From an uncultured bacterium (GTDB lineage: Bacteria > Babelota > Babeliae > Babelales > Vermiphilaceae): a DNA stretch of 64,000 nt. How positions within the stretch are numbered: position 1 is the first letter of the stretch; the number at the start of each line of letters is the position of its first letter. The stretch spans positions 160,001-224,000 of the forward strand of contig OY969561.1 of assembly GCA_963701085.1 (NCBI GenBank). The letters run 5' to 3'. The notes beneath the pieces are model-generated. The model was not told the DNA's origin and searched no databases. It worked only from the letters and a program-made list of their open reading frames with translations. The position numbers and the translations under genes are program-made. Of the stretch, positions 51,957 through 61,230 are shown one piece after another.

Positions 51957-52706
51957 CTAGTGCATAAGTTTTTTATAATCAATATGACCAATCAAATCAG
52001 ATGCAGATAGATTTGCAGTGTCACGCGTATCAAACTGTTTGGTGATTTCACCATTTTCCAATACCCATATTTTTTTACCAATAACCAGCGCAAGTTCCGG
52101 GTCATGCGTAATCAAGAGCGTTGTCATGGAGTGCTCATTAATAAATTTGATGGCGAATTGTAACAGCTTTGTTGCAGATTGCGGATCAAGAGCAGCGGTA
52201 GGTTCATCAAGCATAAAAAGTCGCGGTGGCAGAATTGTTGCCATGATAAATGCAAGAAGTTGACGTTGTCCGCCGGAAAGATCTTTCATGGGTGTGTTTA
52301 ATATTTTTGGTGAACTTAAATTGAGCTTATCCAGTTCTGCTGTCAGATGCGTTGGGAATTTTTTCATGCCATTGAGTAAGCTTACTGTTTGGCCTTTATA
52401 ATTGCTTAATGCAAGATTTTGAGCAACAGTCATTGATGCAACCCCATTGAGTTGAGGATTTTGGAAAAGTCTACTGATGAGTGTTGCGCGGTGTTGCTCA
52501 TCAAGATGGGTAATATCAGTACCATCAAGTAAAATTGTTCCCTGTGTTGCTACTCGTTTTCCACTGATCATATCAAAAAAAGTACTTTTTCCTGCGCCGT
52601 TTGGGCCAACAATAACAATAAAATCACCGGTATTAATGGTGCACGTAATATTTTTAAGAATCTGTTTGCCATCAATGGTTACTGAAACATTTTCAAATTT
52701 TATCAT
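51957..52706 (-). CDS. ABC transporter ATP-binding protein
   Basis: GPNGAGKS, LSGGQRQ, LDEPTAALDP, ITH. Confidence 0.95.
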   Translation of the reverse strand: MIKFENVSVTIDGKQILKNITCTINTGDFIVIVGPNGAGKSTFFDMISGKRVATQGTILLDGTDITHLDEQHRATLISRLFQNPQLNGVASMTVAQNLALSNYKGQTVSLLNGMKKFPTHLTAELDKLNLSSPKILNTPMKDLSGGQRQLLAFIMATILPPRLFMLDEPTAALDPQSATKLLQFAIKFINEHSMTTLLITHDPELALVIGKKIWVLENGEITKQFDTRDTANLSASDLIGHIDYKKLMH

Positions 52707-53557
52707 GATTGCCTCTGGGTAAAAATGCTGGAATGTTTTTTTAATGCGATCATCAGAATGATAAGGAGTGCGGTAATTAATTTATTCCACTCCGGATCAA
52801 CATTAAATTCAAAGGTTGCTGCAAGAATTGCTTGGTACAGTATGGCGCCAATTAAAAGATTAAAGCCAAATGCTCGGCCAAATGTTTCAGAAAGAATGAG
52901 CCCAGCAAGAGCAATAATTAAAATACCAACGCTTGACCAGATGGAAAAATAGCCAACGTATTGTACAAAGAGGGCTCCTGCAAACGCGGTAAGTCCATTA
53001 GCAAGCATGAGGGCTGCGATGGTGTATGTGTGAGCGTTTTTGCCTAAATTGGTGAGCATTTGTGGATTGTCGCCAACTGCCTTGAATAAAAATCCACATT
53101 CAGTATTAAGAAACCATTTGATGATTAATAATAGTGCGCAGATAAGAGGAAGCAATATAATAATTTTTATGCTGTTTGCGCCAGCAATAAGGTCAAAAAG
53201 TGTTGCCTTGTTGCCTAAAACCATATTGGATCCGGCAATTTTGAGGTTGATAGAAAAGAGCGCTGTTGTAACGACAATACCACTGATGAGATTATTGAGT
53301 TTGAGTTTGGTGTGCAGTAATCCTGTTGCAAGACCTGCAATTGCACCTGCTGCGATCACCAGAGGAAATGCAAGTAGCCAGTGAACGTTTCGTGTGAGCA
53401 GTAGCGCCATGAGAGCACCACCAAGACCAAAGCTTCCTTCAACAGAAAGATCGTCAAAGTGAATAATGCGAGAGGTGATATAGATTGCCATAACGCTGAT
53501 GGAAAAAATAAGACCGCGTTCAACAATCCCTTGTATAATGAGCCATTCAGAAAGCAT
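52703..53557 (-). CDS. ABC transporter permease (putative aromatic amino acid uptake type)
   Basis: DLSVEGSF.LGG, TGLLHTKL, L.SINL.I.G. Confidence 0.88.
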   Translation of the reverse strand: MLSEWLIIQGIVERGLIFSISVMAIYITSRIIHFDDLSVEGSFGLGGALMALLLTRNVHWLLAFPLVIAAGAIAGLATGLLHTKLKLNNLISGIVVTTALFSINLKIAGSNMVLGNKATLFDLIAGANSIKIIILLPLICALLLIIKWFLNTECGFLFKAVGDNPQMLTNLGKNAHTYTIAALMLANGLTAFAGALFVQYVGYFSIWSSVGILIIALAGLILSETFGRAFGFNLLIGAILYQAILAATFEFNVDPEWNKLITALLIILMIALKKHSSIFTQRQS

Positions 53558-53668
53558 TTTTAATTTTCCTTGTATTGCGTACCAAAAAAATATGTTCTAA
53601 GTACTATAGTATCAAATAATGGGTTATATGAGAAAAAAAACATAGTGTATAGGGAATGGTAGGATAGA

Positions 53669-54166
53669 ATGCCAGGTTATAAAGGACATTTGGTTGGTGG
53701 AACTATAGCCTTTGGGCTGCTTTTTTTTGGTTTTATGGGTGTTGCCATAATACAGCAGCCACCAATGCTTACTGTTTTTGAGTGGTTTTTGTTTGCGCTT
53801 GCAGGTTCGCTGTTCCCTGATATTGATATTAAAAGTAAGGGGCAGAAATATTTTTATTATGTTATTTTTCTGTTTTTTATCATATTGGCAGTACATCAGC
53901 GGTTTGAGATGTTAACGTGCTGCAGTTTTATTACGATTACCCCTATGCTGGCACGTCACCGTGGGATTTTCCATAGCCCACGATTTGTTATTATTGCGCC
54001 ATTGTTGTTGTGGATTACGGTGAGTACTGCTATGCCCAAAGTATCAATACAATTCTTTTTTGATATCTTATTTTTTATCACGGGCGCACTGTCCCATCTT
54101 TGGCTTGATTTTGGAACACGTCAGATGATGGGGCGCTTATTTTCGCGTAAAAAAAAGCGATGGTAG
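53669..54166 (+). CDS. Membrane-bound metal-dependent hydrolase (YdjM-like)
   Basis: GYKGH, GSLFPDID, HRGIFHS, SHLWLD. Confidence 0.85.
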   Translation: MPGYKGHLVGGTIAFGLLFFGFMGVAIIQQPPMLTVFEWFLFALAGSLFPDIDIKSKGQKYFYYVIFLFFIILAVHQRFEMLTCCSFITITPMLARHRGIFHSPRFVIIAPLLLWITVSTAMPKVSIQFFFDILFFITGALSHLWLDFGTRQMMGRLFSRKKKRW

Positions 54167-54268
54167 TAGATGTATCTTTAATATTTTGAGCGTTAGCTTT
54201 TTTTGTATCAACCGCTATGATAGTTATTAAAATATGAAGATTTTTTTTTGATAATGAATGGATGATAT

Positions 54269-54562
54269 ATGGTGTCTAATGTTCCTCAACAAGATTTAAT
54301 TATTAAATTATTAACCGTCTTGTTTCCTAATGCAAAAATTTATCTTTTTGGCTCTCGTGCACGTGGCACATATACAGAGCGTTCTGATATTGATATTGCT
54401 ATTGATATAGGTAGAAAGTTGGAAATTGATGAATGGGCAATGGCTGATGGGGTTCTTGCTGGGCTCAATATTCCACAGAAGATTGATATTGTTGATATGT
54501 GGCGTGCATCTGAAAGTATGAAGCGACAAGTTATGAAGGATGGTATTGTATGGAAAGCTTGA
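54269..54562 (+). CDS. Minimal nucleotidyltransferase (MNT) antitoxin
   Basis: GSRARGTYTERSDID = GSX10DXD. Confidence 0.9.
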   Translation: MVSNVPQQDLIIKLLTVLFPNAKIYLFGSRARGTYTERSDIDIAIDIGRKLEIDEWAMADGVLAGLNIPQKIDIVDMWRASESMKRQVMKDGIVWKA

Positions 54563-54984
54563 ATGAAAAATACGAGGCAAATATTCGTTTGTTAGATGCA
54601 TTTGAAGCAGCACTTAATCTTTATCATGAAGCAAAGGATGATCGGAATGTTAATATGGTAGTACGAGAAGCATTTCGTGATTCTGTTATTAAAAGGTTTG
54701 AACTAGGCTATGATTTGTTTTGGAAATATTTGCGTGAGTATATTGGACTTTCTCAAGGAATGTATGCAGATTCGCCACGTAAAGTTTTTGATCTGTGTTT
54801 TCAATATGGTATAACGGAGTCAGATGAAGAAAAATTATTATTTAGCATGATAAAAGGCAGAAATTTAACAACGCATACCTATAACGTTGAATTAGCAAAT
54901 GAAATGGCAGAAAAAGTTGCAGAATATTATCAAGTGATGCATACGATTATAGTACGAACATCACCAGATACGATAAAAAAGTGA
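54550..54984 (+). CDS. HEPN-domain toxin (HI0074-like)
   Basis: IKRFE, SPR, RNLTTHTY = RX4HXY. Confidence 0.9.
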   Translation: MESLNEKYEANIRLLDAFEAALNLYHEAKDDRNVNMVVREAFRDSVIKRFELGYDLFWKYLREYIGLSQGMYADSPRKVFDLCFQYGITESDEEKLLFSMIKGRNLTTHTYNVELANEMAEKVAEYYQVMHTIIVRTSPDTIKK

Positions 54985-54987
54985 GAA

Positions 54988-56382
54988 TTATATTTTTCTT
55001 GTAAGAAATGAAACACTGTACAGCGCAATCATGTTAAAGGCAAATCCTGGAATGAGTGGGGAAAGGTTGATAGTGGTGAATGGCCACAATGCTGCGGTTG
55101 TTCCGCCCACAATGAGCCCTGCAAGAGCCCCTTGGCGAGTAATGTTTGCACTGCCGTAAAGAGCTGTAATAACCAGTGGGCCGAATGCACTTCCTAATCC
55201 GGACCATGCATAATGAACAAGGCCATAGATTGTGGAATTTCCTGTCCATGCTACGTATAAAGCAAATAGTGCAACAATGGTAGAAGCGATGCGTGAAATG
55301 AGCATTATTTGTGGTGATGTTGCATGAGGATTAATAATTTTGTGATATAAATCTGATGCAATAACTGAGCCAGAAATAAGAATGTGTCTATCCATGGTAG
55401 AGAGTGTTGCTGCCAAAATTGCACACAGAGCCATTCCTGCAATAAATGGATTAAACAGCGATTTTGTCATGAGAATATAAATGAGTTCTGGATTGGCAAC
55501 CGGTGTTGGGAAAAAGGTGAGCGCAATAAGGCCAATGGCAATTGCTGCAGAAAGTACAATAATTTGCCAGGTGAGCCCAACCCATTTTGCGGAACTAATT
55601 TTTTTAGGATCATCAATGCCCATGAAATTGACCAAAATATGCGGCTGACCAAAATAACCAAGTCCCCATCCCGCGGCAAGAAACAATCCGTATGGCATAT
55701 TGTGTATGAATGAGAACTGAAACACATGCGCTTGATATGTTTGGATTACTGATGAAATTCCTGTGGTATTAAAAAGCGCCGTTACCGGCACTAAAATGAT
55801 CATGCATAATAAAAAAATTCCCTGAAAAAAATCACACCATGCTGCAGCTACAAATCCGCCAATGAGTGTATACAACATGACGGTACATAATCCAATAATA
55901 ATTCCGGTGTGATAAGTTATTTCAAATGCTGCTTCAAAAAGGCGACCAAGACCAACAATGCCCGATGCAATATAAAAGGTGAAAAAGATGAGTGTAAAAA
56001 ATGCACTGACCAAACTGATCACTCCTGTGGTATCAGCAAACTGTTTTTCAAAGAGTGCTGATAAGGTATCAGAATGTGTTTGTTCACTGATAATGCGCAG
56101 TCGTGGTGCAATAAAATGCCAATTGAGAAGCATGAAAAAGACCAAACCAACGGCAGTCCATACTTCAAAAAGGCCTTGGCTATATATTGCTGCGGGGAAT
56201 GCAAGAAATAACCAGCTTCCCATATCGCTTGCTTGTGTTGCGATTGCGGTAACGAGGTAATTAACAGAACGGCTTCCGATGATAAAGTCGGAAGCCGTTT
56301 TTACTTTGCGGTAGAAGTAGAGAGCGATGCTCACAAGAACAAAAAAGTAGAGAATAAATGCACTGAACATAACGGTATTCAT
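54988..56382 (-). CDS. putP: Sodium/proline symporter
   Basis: ASDMGSW, YT.IGGF, WGLGYFGQPHIL..FM, AWSGLGSAFGP. Confidence 0.9.
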   Translation of the reverse strand: MNTVMFSAFILYFFVLVSIALYFYRKVKTASDFIIGSRSVNYLVTAIATQASDMGSWLFLAFPAAIYSQGLFEVWTAVGLVFFMLLNWHFIAPRLRIISEQTHSDTLSALFEKQFADTTGVISLVSAFFTLIFFTFYIASGIVGLGRLFEAAFEITYHTGIIIGLCTVMLYTLIGGFVAAAWCDFFQGIFLLCMIILVPVTALFNTTGISSVIQTYQAHVFQFSFIHNMPYGLFLAAGWGLGYFGQPHILVNFMGIDDPKKISSAKWVGLTWQIIVLSAAIAIGLIALTFFPTPVANPELIYILMTKSLFNPFIAGMALCAILAATLSTMDRHILISGSVIASDLYHKIINPHATSPQIMLISRIASTIVALFALYVAWTGNSTIYGLVHYAWSGLGSAFGPLVITALYGSANITRQGALAGLIVGGTTAALWPFTTINLSPLIPGFAFNMIALYSVSFLTRKI

Positions 56383-56483
56383 AAAATTCTCCTCTGAACT
56401 CTTTTTTGCAAAGGTTCACGTTTTGATTACAATCAATCATCTCGATTGTATCAGATGCTGTAAAAATTGTAAAAGAGGGGGGG

Positions 56484-57527
56484 TTATAGGATTGCGCATG
56501 TGTTAGGATACTTAAACTCTATTTCTTTTTTTTCTTCTTTTTGTATCTGAGCATATGTTTTCGCACCAAGTTCTTTTAAAATAGCTACCTTTTTCAAAGA
56601 ACGGTCGGCTTTTTTATTATCTCCATTCATTCGGTAGAGAAGAACGGTATCCTCACAAATGTCCAGAGCTGTTATCCGAGGTCTAAGCGGTTTGTTGAGC
56701 TGGAACAGTTTATTTTTGATTAACATTTGTGGCAGTTCCTTTGTGTTGTTATTGAGTGCTGCCATAAAGAAGAAAAAAGAATTTTTTTGAATTATTTTTT
56801 TTGTTGTTTTTTTTGCCAAAAGATATGTAAAGCAATTTTGTGCATTGTATCTTAAGGATTCTGCTATTATTACTTCTTGTCCTTGATAAGTAGGTTTTTT
56901 TTGAGCATAAAGTTGTTGAAGATAATCATCATTATCTGACCATGCGGCGATGAGATAAAAAAGAAATGAAAAGTCACGATTATTATTAATAGGTAAGCAT
57001 GTTGCTATCTTATCTGGAACAGTGATTGTATCATAGCAATGTTTCCAGTCTAGATCTTTGTAGAGATCGCAATTGTTAATGAGCAACTGTGCTATGTTAG
57101 CATTATTATTATGAATGGCAATCATGGTGAAAGGTATATCGATATATTCATCTTTATCTGAGTCCATTAAACTTATCCCACTATTGTTTGTTATAGGTAA
57201 TAGCCATTTTACCGCTTCAAAATCATTTTTAGCGGTAAGGATAAATAGAATAGTTGCTTTATCGTTAGATTTAAGGATTCCTTTTTTTTTAACATATGTA
57301 TCATATTCTCTTTCCACACTATCGGGCATGAATTTCCACTGATCGTTTTTCTGAGCCCAATTTTTACACACGAGTCTTACACTGAGATCTTTTTCCGGTA
57401 AGTTTTTGAAGATATGTTGACGTATATCAGGATGTTCTAAATCCTTGTAAGTTATCATGCCAAAGGTGGGGGTATGGGAGAATAGCGTTAAAAATAATAT
57501 TGCTATGGTGAAGCGTGGTGTATGCAT
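56484..57527 (-). CDS. Secreted F-box-like/ankyrin-like protein ending in CaaX (CAIL)
   Basis: TFG-M; PDIRQHIFKNL...RLVCKNW; AIHNNNANIAQLLI; TALD; CAIL*. Confidence 0.8.
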   Translation of the reverse strand: MHTPRFTIAILFLTLFSHTPTFGMITYKDLEHPDIRQHIFKNLPEKDLSVRLVCKNWAQKNDQWKFMPDSVEREYDTYVKKKGILKSNDKATILFILTAKNDFEAVKWLLPITNNSGISLMDSDKDEYIDIPFTMIAIHNNNANIAQLLINNCDLYKDLDWKHCYDTITVPDKIATCLPINNNRDFSFLFYLIAAWSDNDDYLQQLYAQKKPTYQGQEVIIAESLRYNAQNCFTYLLAKKTTKKIIQKNSFFFFMAALNNNTKELPQMLIKNKLFQLNKPLRPRITALDICEDTVLLYRMNGDNKKADRSLKKVAILKELGAKTYAQIQKEEKKEIEFKYPNTCAIL

Positions 57528-57664
57528 AAAAAAGACCTCATTAAGTTTATTTTTTACGTGAGTCTGTAGTTTTTTTAATGCTTCTATTACTTTTCTACAA
57601 TTACAATTATCTTTTATGATTCTACCAGATGTTATAAAAATTGTAAAAGAGGGGGGCTGAAGTT

Positions 57665-58558
57665 TTAGAGAATGGTACACCATGAGGAATAGTCATTGTG
57701 CATGTTATTATTCGTAGGATGATGATCAATCATTTTATTATGTCGTATTAGTTCCATAATCATTGTTCGGTTATGTTCCTTAGCAAGGTTAAAGAACTTG
57801 CCGCCATAGTAGTATATTATGTTTTTTATTTGATCATTTTTTAAGAAAGTTTTAAAACAATTTAGTGCATTATGGGCTATAGACATTATTATTAATCGTG
57901 TTGTTCCATCGGTATTTGGCATATTTTGCAAACAAAGAAGTTGTTTAAGCTCATGAGAGTTATCTGTCCAAATGGTTAAAAAATAGGCTAAGATTGAAAA
58001 ATCATGTGGGTGGGTTTGGTCGAAATATTTTTGTAGATGATTTGGTAGTGTTATATTCTTGTAATATGTCTTCCAATTATTGTCTGGATAATTTTTCTTG
58101 TCTGTTTCAATTAAAAAACGAGCAACTTCAGGATTTTTATTATGTATGGCAAACATAACGGCATGTATATTATTATCGATCTCATCGATTGTAATATCGA
58201 TATCACTATGGGTTTTAGTATTATTTTTTATCCATTGTACGCTTGCCAAATCATTCATTGATGTAAAATCGAATAAAATATAGGTTTTATCCCAAGAAGT
58301 TAAATGTCTTCCATTTTTCGTATATCTATTATGTTCTTTTTCTATAACGTCAGGCATAAATTTCCAAATATTTCCTTTGCAGGCCCAGTCTTTGCATACC
58401 AATCTAAAATCGTCCTGGTCTTCTTTTGATAAATGTTCGTAAATATTTTGGCGTATATCAGGATCTGCTAAGTTCTTGTAAGTTATCATGCCAAAAATAG
58501 ATAGGTGAGAGAATAATGCCAAACATGATACTGCCATGGAGAAACGTGATGTGTTCAT
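57665..58558 (-). CDS. Secreted F-box-like/ankyrin-like protein ending in CaaX (CTIL)
   Basis: IFG-M; PDIRQNIYEHL...FRLVCKDW; AVMFAIHNKNPEVARFLI; CTIL*. Confidence 0.8.
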   Translation of the reverse strand: MNTSRFSMAVSCLALFSHLSIFGMITYKNLADPDIRQNIYEHLSKEDQDDFRLVCKDWACKGNIWKFMPDVIEKEHNRYTKNGRHLTSWDKTYILFDFTSMNDLASVQWIKNNTKTHSDIDITIDEIDNNIHAVMFAIHNKNPEVARFLIETDKKNYPDNNWKTYYKNITLPNHLQKYFDQTHPHDFSILAYFLTIWTDNSHELKQLLCLQNMPNTDGTTRLIIMSIAHNALNCFKTFLKNDQIKNIIYYYGGKFFNLAKEHNRTMIMELIRHNKMIDHHPTNNNMHNDYSSWCTIL

Positions 58559-58574
58559 AAAAATCTCATAAAGT

Positions 58575-59057
58575 TTAGCGTGTTGGGATGTCTAAAAATT
58601 GATAATTATGTTTTGTGATAGTGAGAAACTTTTTAATGCCATCAAAAGGAATAGCAAGCGTTGCAGTATTGACTAATGGATGGCATTGCAATGTTTTATC
58701 TTTAAGATTGATATCAAAAATAACCGTCACTGCATGAGCTGTATCATTAATAAGACCAAGCACGGTGACTGATCCTGGTGTAACTCCAAGATATTTTGTA
58801 AGCCGTTCTGGTGATGCAAAACTGAGATTTGATACATCCAGGATACATTTTAATTGTTTGAGATCTACTTGTTTTTCTTTGCCAACAACCACGAGGAAAT
58901 GTTTGTCTGTTTTTTTGTCATATAAAAAAAGATTTTTTATCGAGGTGCCAGGCATTTTGGGGCACACTATGTCAGCTTGATTGCAGGTAAATGCTGCCGG
59001 ATGATCAAAACGTTCGTAGGGGATGTTGTTGGTATCAAGGAGTGTGTAGATGTTCAT
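58575..59057 (-). CDS. YbaK/ProX-family tRNA-editing deacylase
   Basis: KNLFL, LSFAS, LGVTPGSVT, HPLVNTAT. Confidence 0.92.
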   Translation of the reverse strand: MNIYTLLDTNNIPYERFDHPAAFTCNQADIVCPKMPGTSIKNLFLYDKKTDKHFLVVVGKEKQVDLKQLKCILDVSNLSFASPERLTKYLGVTPGSVTVLGLINDTAHAVTVIFDINLKDKTLQCHPLVNTATLAIPFDGIKKFLTITKHNYQFLDIPTR

Positions 59058-59059
59058 AT

Positions 59060-59482
59060 TTATTTGTTGTTATCAAAAAATTTCCATTTATGTGCATTTT
59101 CTACTGCTTCTTCTAAGCAATCCATCTCCCATCTGTTATAAGCACCCACGTTTATTAATGCATGAGTTACTTGTTCTTTAGAAATTTTCTTATCCTGAGC
59201 CTTATCAGGGAAATTAGCTTCTTGCAGTAAATAGTCATCAATTATTTCGCAATTATGAGAATCTATTTTTTTACCTTTCACAAAAGCCATCGCTGATTCT
59301 ATCGGTGTTGGATTACAATAGAAATAAATTTGAGATACAACTGTTACATCGTGCGGAGTAGTACTCATTGCATGATATCTAGGATGATACATGCTTAGTC
59401 CCCCGTATTTTTTATTATCCATGGAATTAAGAGAAAAATTGCTTGCGATGGATAGTGCGACGATTATTTGCAATGCTTTCAT
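59060..59482 (-). CDS. Secreted hypothetical protein, paralog A
   Basis: FSLNS-M; Y.GL..YH..Y and L.EAV..A shared with B and C. Confidence 0.75.
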   Translation of the reverse strand: MKALQIIVALSIASNFSLNSMDNKKYGGLSMYHPRYHAMSTTPHDVTVVSQIYFYCNPTPIESAMAFVKGKKIDSHNCEIIDDYLLQEANFPDKAQDKKISKEQVTHALINVGAYNRWEMDCLEEAVENAHKWKFFDNNK

Positions 59483-59564
59483 GAAGTGACTCCTTTATAA
59501 GTGTTAAAAATTTTTATTATTAAGAGCATATCCTTAAAGTCGAAAAATATTAAATTTTTTTTTC

Positions 59565-59704
59565 GCGCTCGTCAGCTACACCCCATCTTCAGTTCCTTGC
59601 GATGGGGACCCCGATTGGAACGACGTGTCCTTCGAAGCCTTGGCGAAGGAGGAAGTGCAAATTGGGGAATAAAGGATATCTTCGAGCGCTCGAAGGTATC
59701 CTTT
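59565..59704. repeat. Nested composite repeat: palindrome remnant > double-hairpin module > 30-bp hairpin
   Basis: gcgctcgtc end; module matching 40506-40570; insert 59624-59653; central aaaggatatcttcgagcgctcgaaggtatccttt. Confidence 0.85.
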
Positions 59705-59723
59705 AATAACATTATTGATAGAT

Positions 59724-60491
59724 TTATTTGTTGTTTTCTTCAGACATGTGACATTTTGAGTTGATATCGATTTTGCGATATAATGCATCTTTATATGTAC
59801 TCAAATCATATCTGCTACGATGTGAATTTATGTGAGAATTTGGGTTATAGAATGCATCTCTATTATTAGTAATAGGCTGACAATCATTTGCATGTTGTAC
59901 AGCTTCTCGTAGAAGTATTAATTCTTGATTATAATTAGGATTACAGAGATTCTTAAACAGCATGCTATAGCGATTGGGTGTAGATAATGTATTTTTCAGA
60001 GCAGTGTCTACTTGTTGTTGGACAGTAGAATCTTGAAGATTACCAGATAAACGAGCTTGCTGTATTTGTGGAATAACAATTTGAAGAAGTGATTTTCGCA
60101 AATTTAAATCTTTTTTTCTAAAAATATCGCTTTGAAGAAGTGATTTTCGCAAATTTAAATCTTTTTTTCTAAAAATATCGCTCGTAGAATTTAATTCGCT
60201 CGTGGTAGCTTCTAGATCTTTGGTATAGAATTTTATTTGTTCTTCTACTGATTCTTGTGGACGTCTATTCAGTAATAAATATGCATTAAGTATGTCACAA
60301 CTAGCATCTTTTTTATTAGATTTACAATATGAATAAATAGTAGATCCGCATGTTAACTCATTTTCAGAGCAGAAAGAATTGTGATATGTAGGATGGTAAA
60401 ATTTCAATCCCACGTATTCTTCATTTTCCATTGAATTAAGAGAAAAACTGCTTGCGATGCATAGTGCAACAATTACGTGTAATGTTTTCAT
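59724..60491 (-). CDS. Secreted hypothetical protein, paralog B, with an internal 17-aa duplication
   Basis: FSLNS-M; ILNAYLLLNRRPQESVE shared with C. Confidence 0.8.
   Translation of the reverse strand: MKTLHVIVALCIASSFSLNSMENEEYVGLKFYHPTYHNSFCSENELTCGSTIYSYCKSNKKDASCDILNAYLLLNRRPQESVEEQIKFYTKDLEATTSELNSTSDIFRKKDLNLRKSLLQSDIFRKKDLNLRKSLLQIVIPQIQQARLSGNLQDSTVQQQVDTALKNTLSTPNRYSMLFKNLCNPNYNQELILLREAVQHANDCQPITNNRDAFYNPNSHINSHRSRYDLSTYKDALYRKIDINSKCHMSEENNK
60081..60182. repeat. Perfect 51-bp tandem duplication
   Basis: Encodes SDIFRKKDLNLRKSLLQ twice. Confidence 0.95.
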
Positions 60492-60523
60492 TAAGAATTC
60501 CTTTAATAATATTATTGATAAAT

Positions 60524-61129
60524 TTATTTGGTGCTATCAAGAAAATCACATTGATTTGCGGATTCTACAGCTTCTTTTAGATAGGCTAGTTCATGCCGAT
60601 AATTATCTGATGAGGAGATATTTTTTAATGCCATACCTACTTGTTCTTGAATACTGCGATCTTGAGGTTTACCAGAAAGATTAGCTTGTTGTATTTGTGG
60701 GATAATACGTTCAAGAAATTTTTGTCGAGTTCCTAATGTGTTTTTTTTAAAAATCTCAATGGTAGAATTTAATTGTTCAGTAGTATTGGTGAGGTCTTTT
60801 TTATAAAATTCTAGCTGTTGTTCTACTGATTCTTGTGGACGTCTGTTAAGCAATAAATAGGCATTAAGTATTCTGCAATTGTAAGGATCTTTTGTATTTT
60901 TTGTCCATGCATCCCTCCATGATGATGTACAATAAGGATAAATATCACTGCCTTTTACAGAGGAATATGCGCTTATATCAATACGAGAGGCATACCGAGA
61001 ATGATACCATTCTAGTCCCGAATAATCTTCATTTTTATTTCTGTTTCTAACGTGCTGCATAGGCTGCATAGAATGAAGAGAAAAACTGTTTGCGATGGAT
61101 AGTGCGGCGATTATTTGCAATGCTTTCAT
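60524..61129 (-). CDS. Secreted hypothetical protein, paralog C
   Basis: AAGGAG SD; MKALQIIAALSIANSFSLHS-M. Confidence 0.8.
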   Translation of the reverse strand: MKALQIIAALSIANSFSLHSMQPMQHVRNRNKNEDYSGLEWYHSRYASRIDISAYSSVKGSDIYPYCTSSWRDAWTKNTKDPYNCRILNAYLLLNRRPQESVEQQLEFYKKDLTNTTEQLNSTIEIFKKNTLGTRQKFLERIIPQIQQANLSGKPQDRSIQEQVGMALKNISSSDNYRHELAYLKEAVESANQCDFLDSTK

Positions 61130-61230
61130 GAAGCGACTCCTTTGTGAGTGGTTGTTAAATAATTGAGCATAGATTATAGATTTTTTGGAATATTGGCAAT
61201 GTTGAAAGTTTATATTTTTTATTGCGCTTA

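Noticed and set aside
51749-51991. 80-aa minus-strand ORF
   Set aside because: Mostly the open frame of the palindromic element, and it overlaps real genes.
59501-59788. ORFs 59501-59764 (+) and 59576-59788 (-)
   Set aside because: Read-through of the GC-rich composite repeat with no independent coding evidence.
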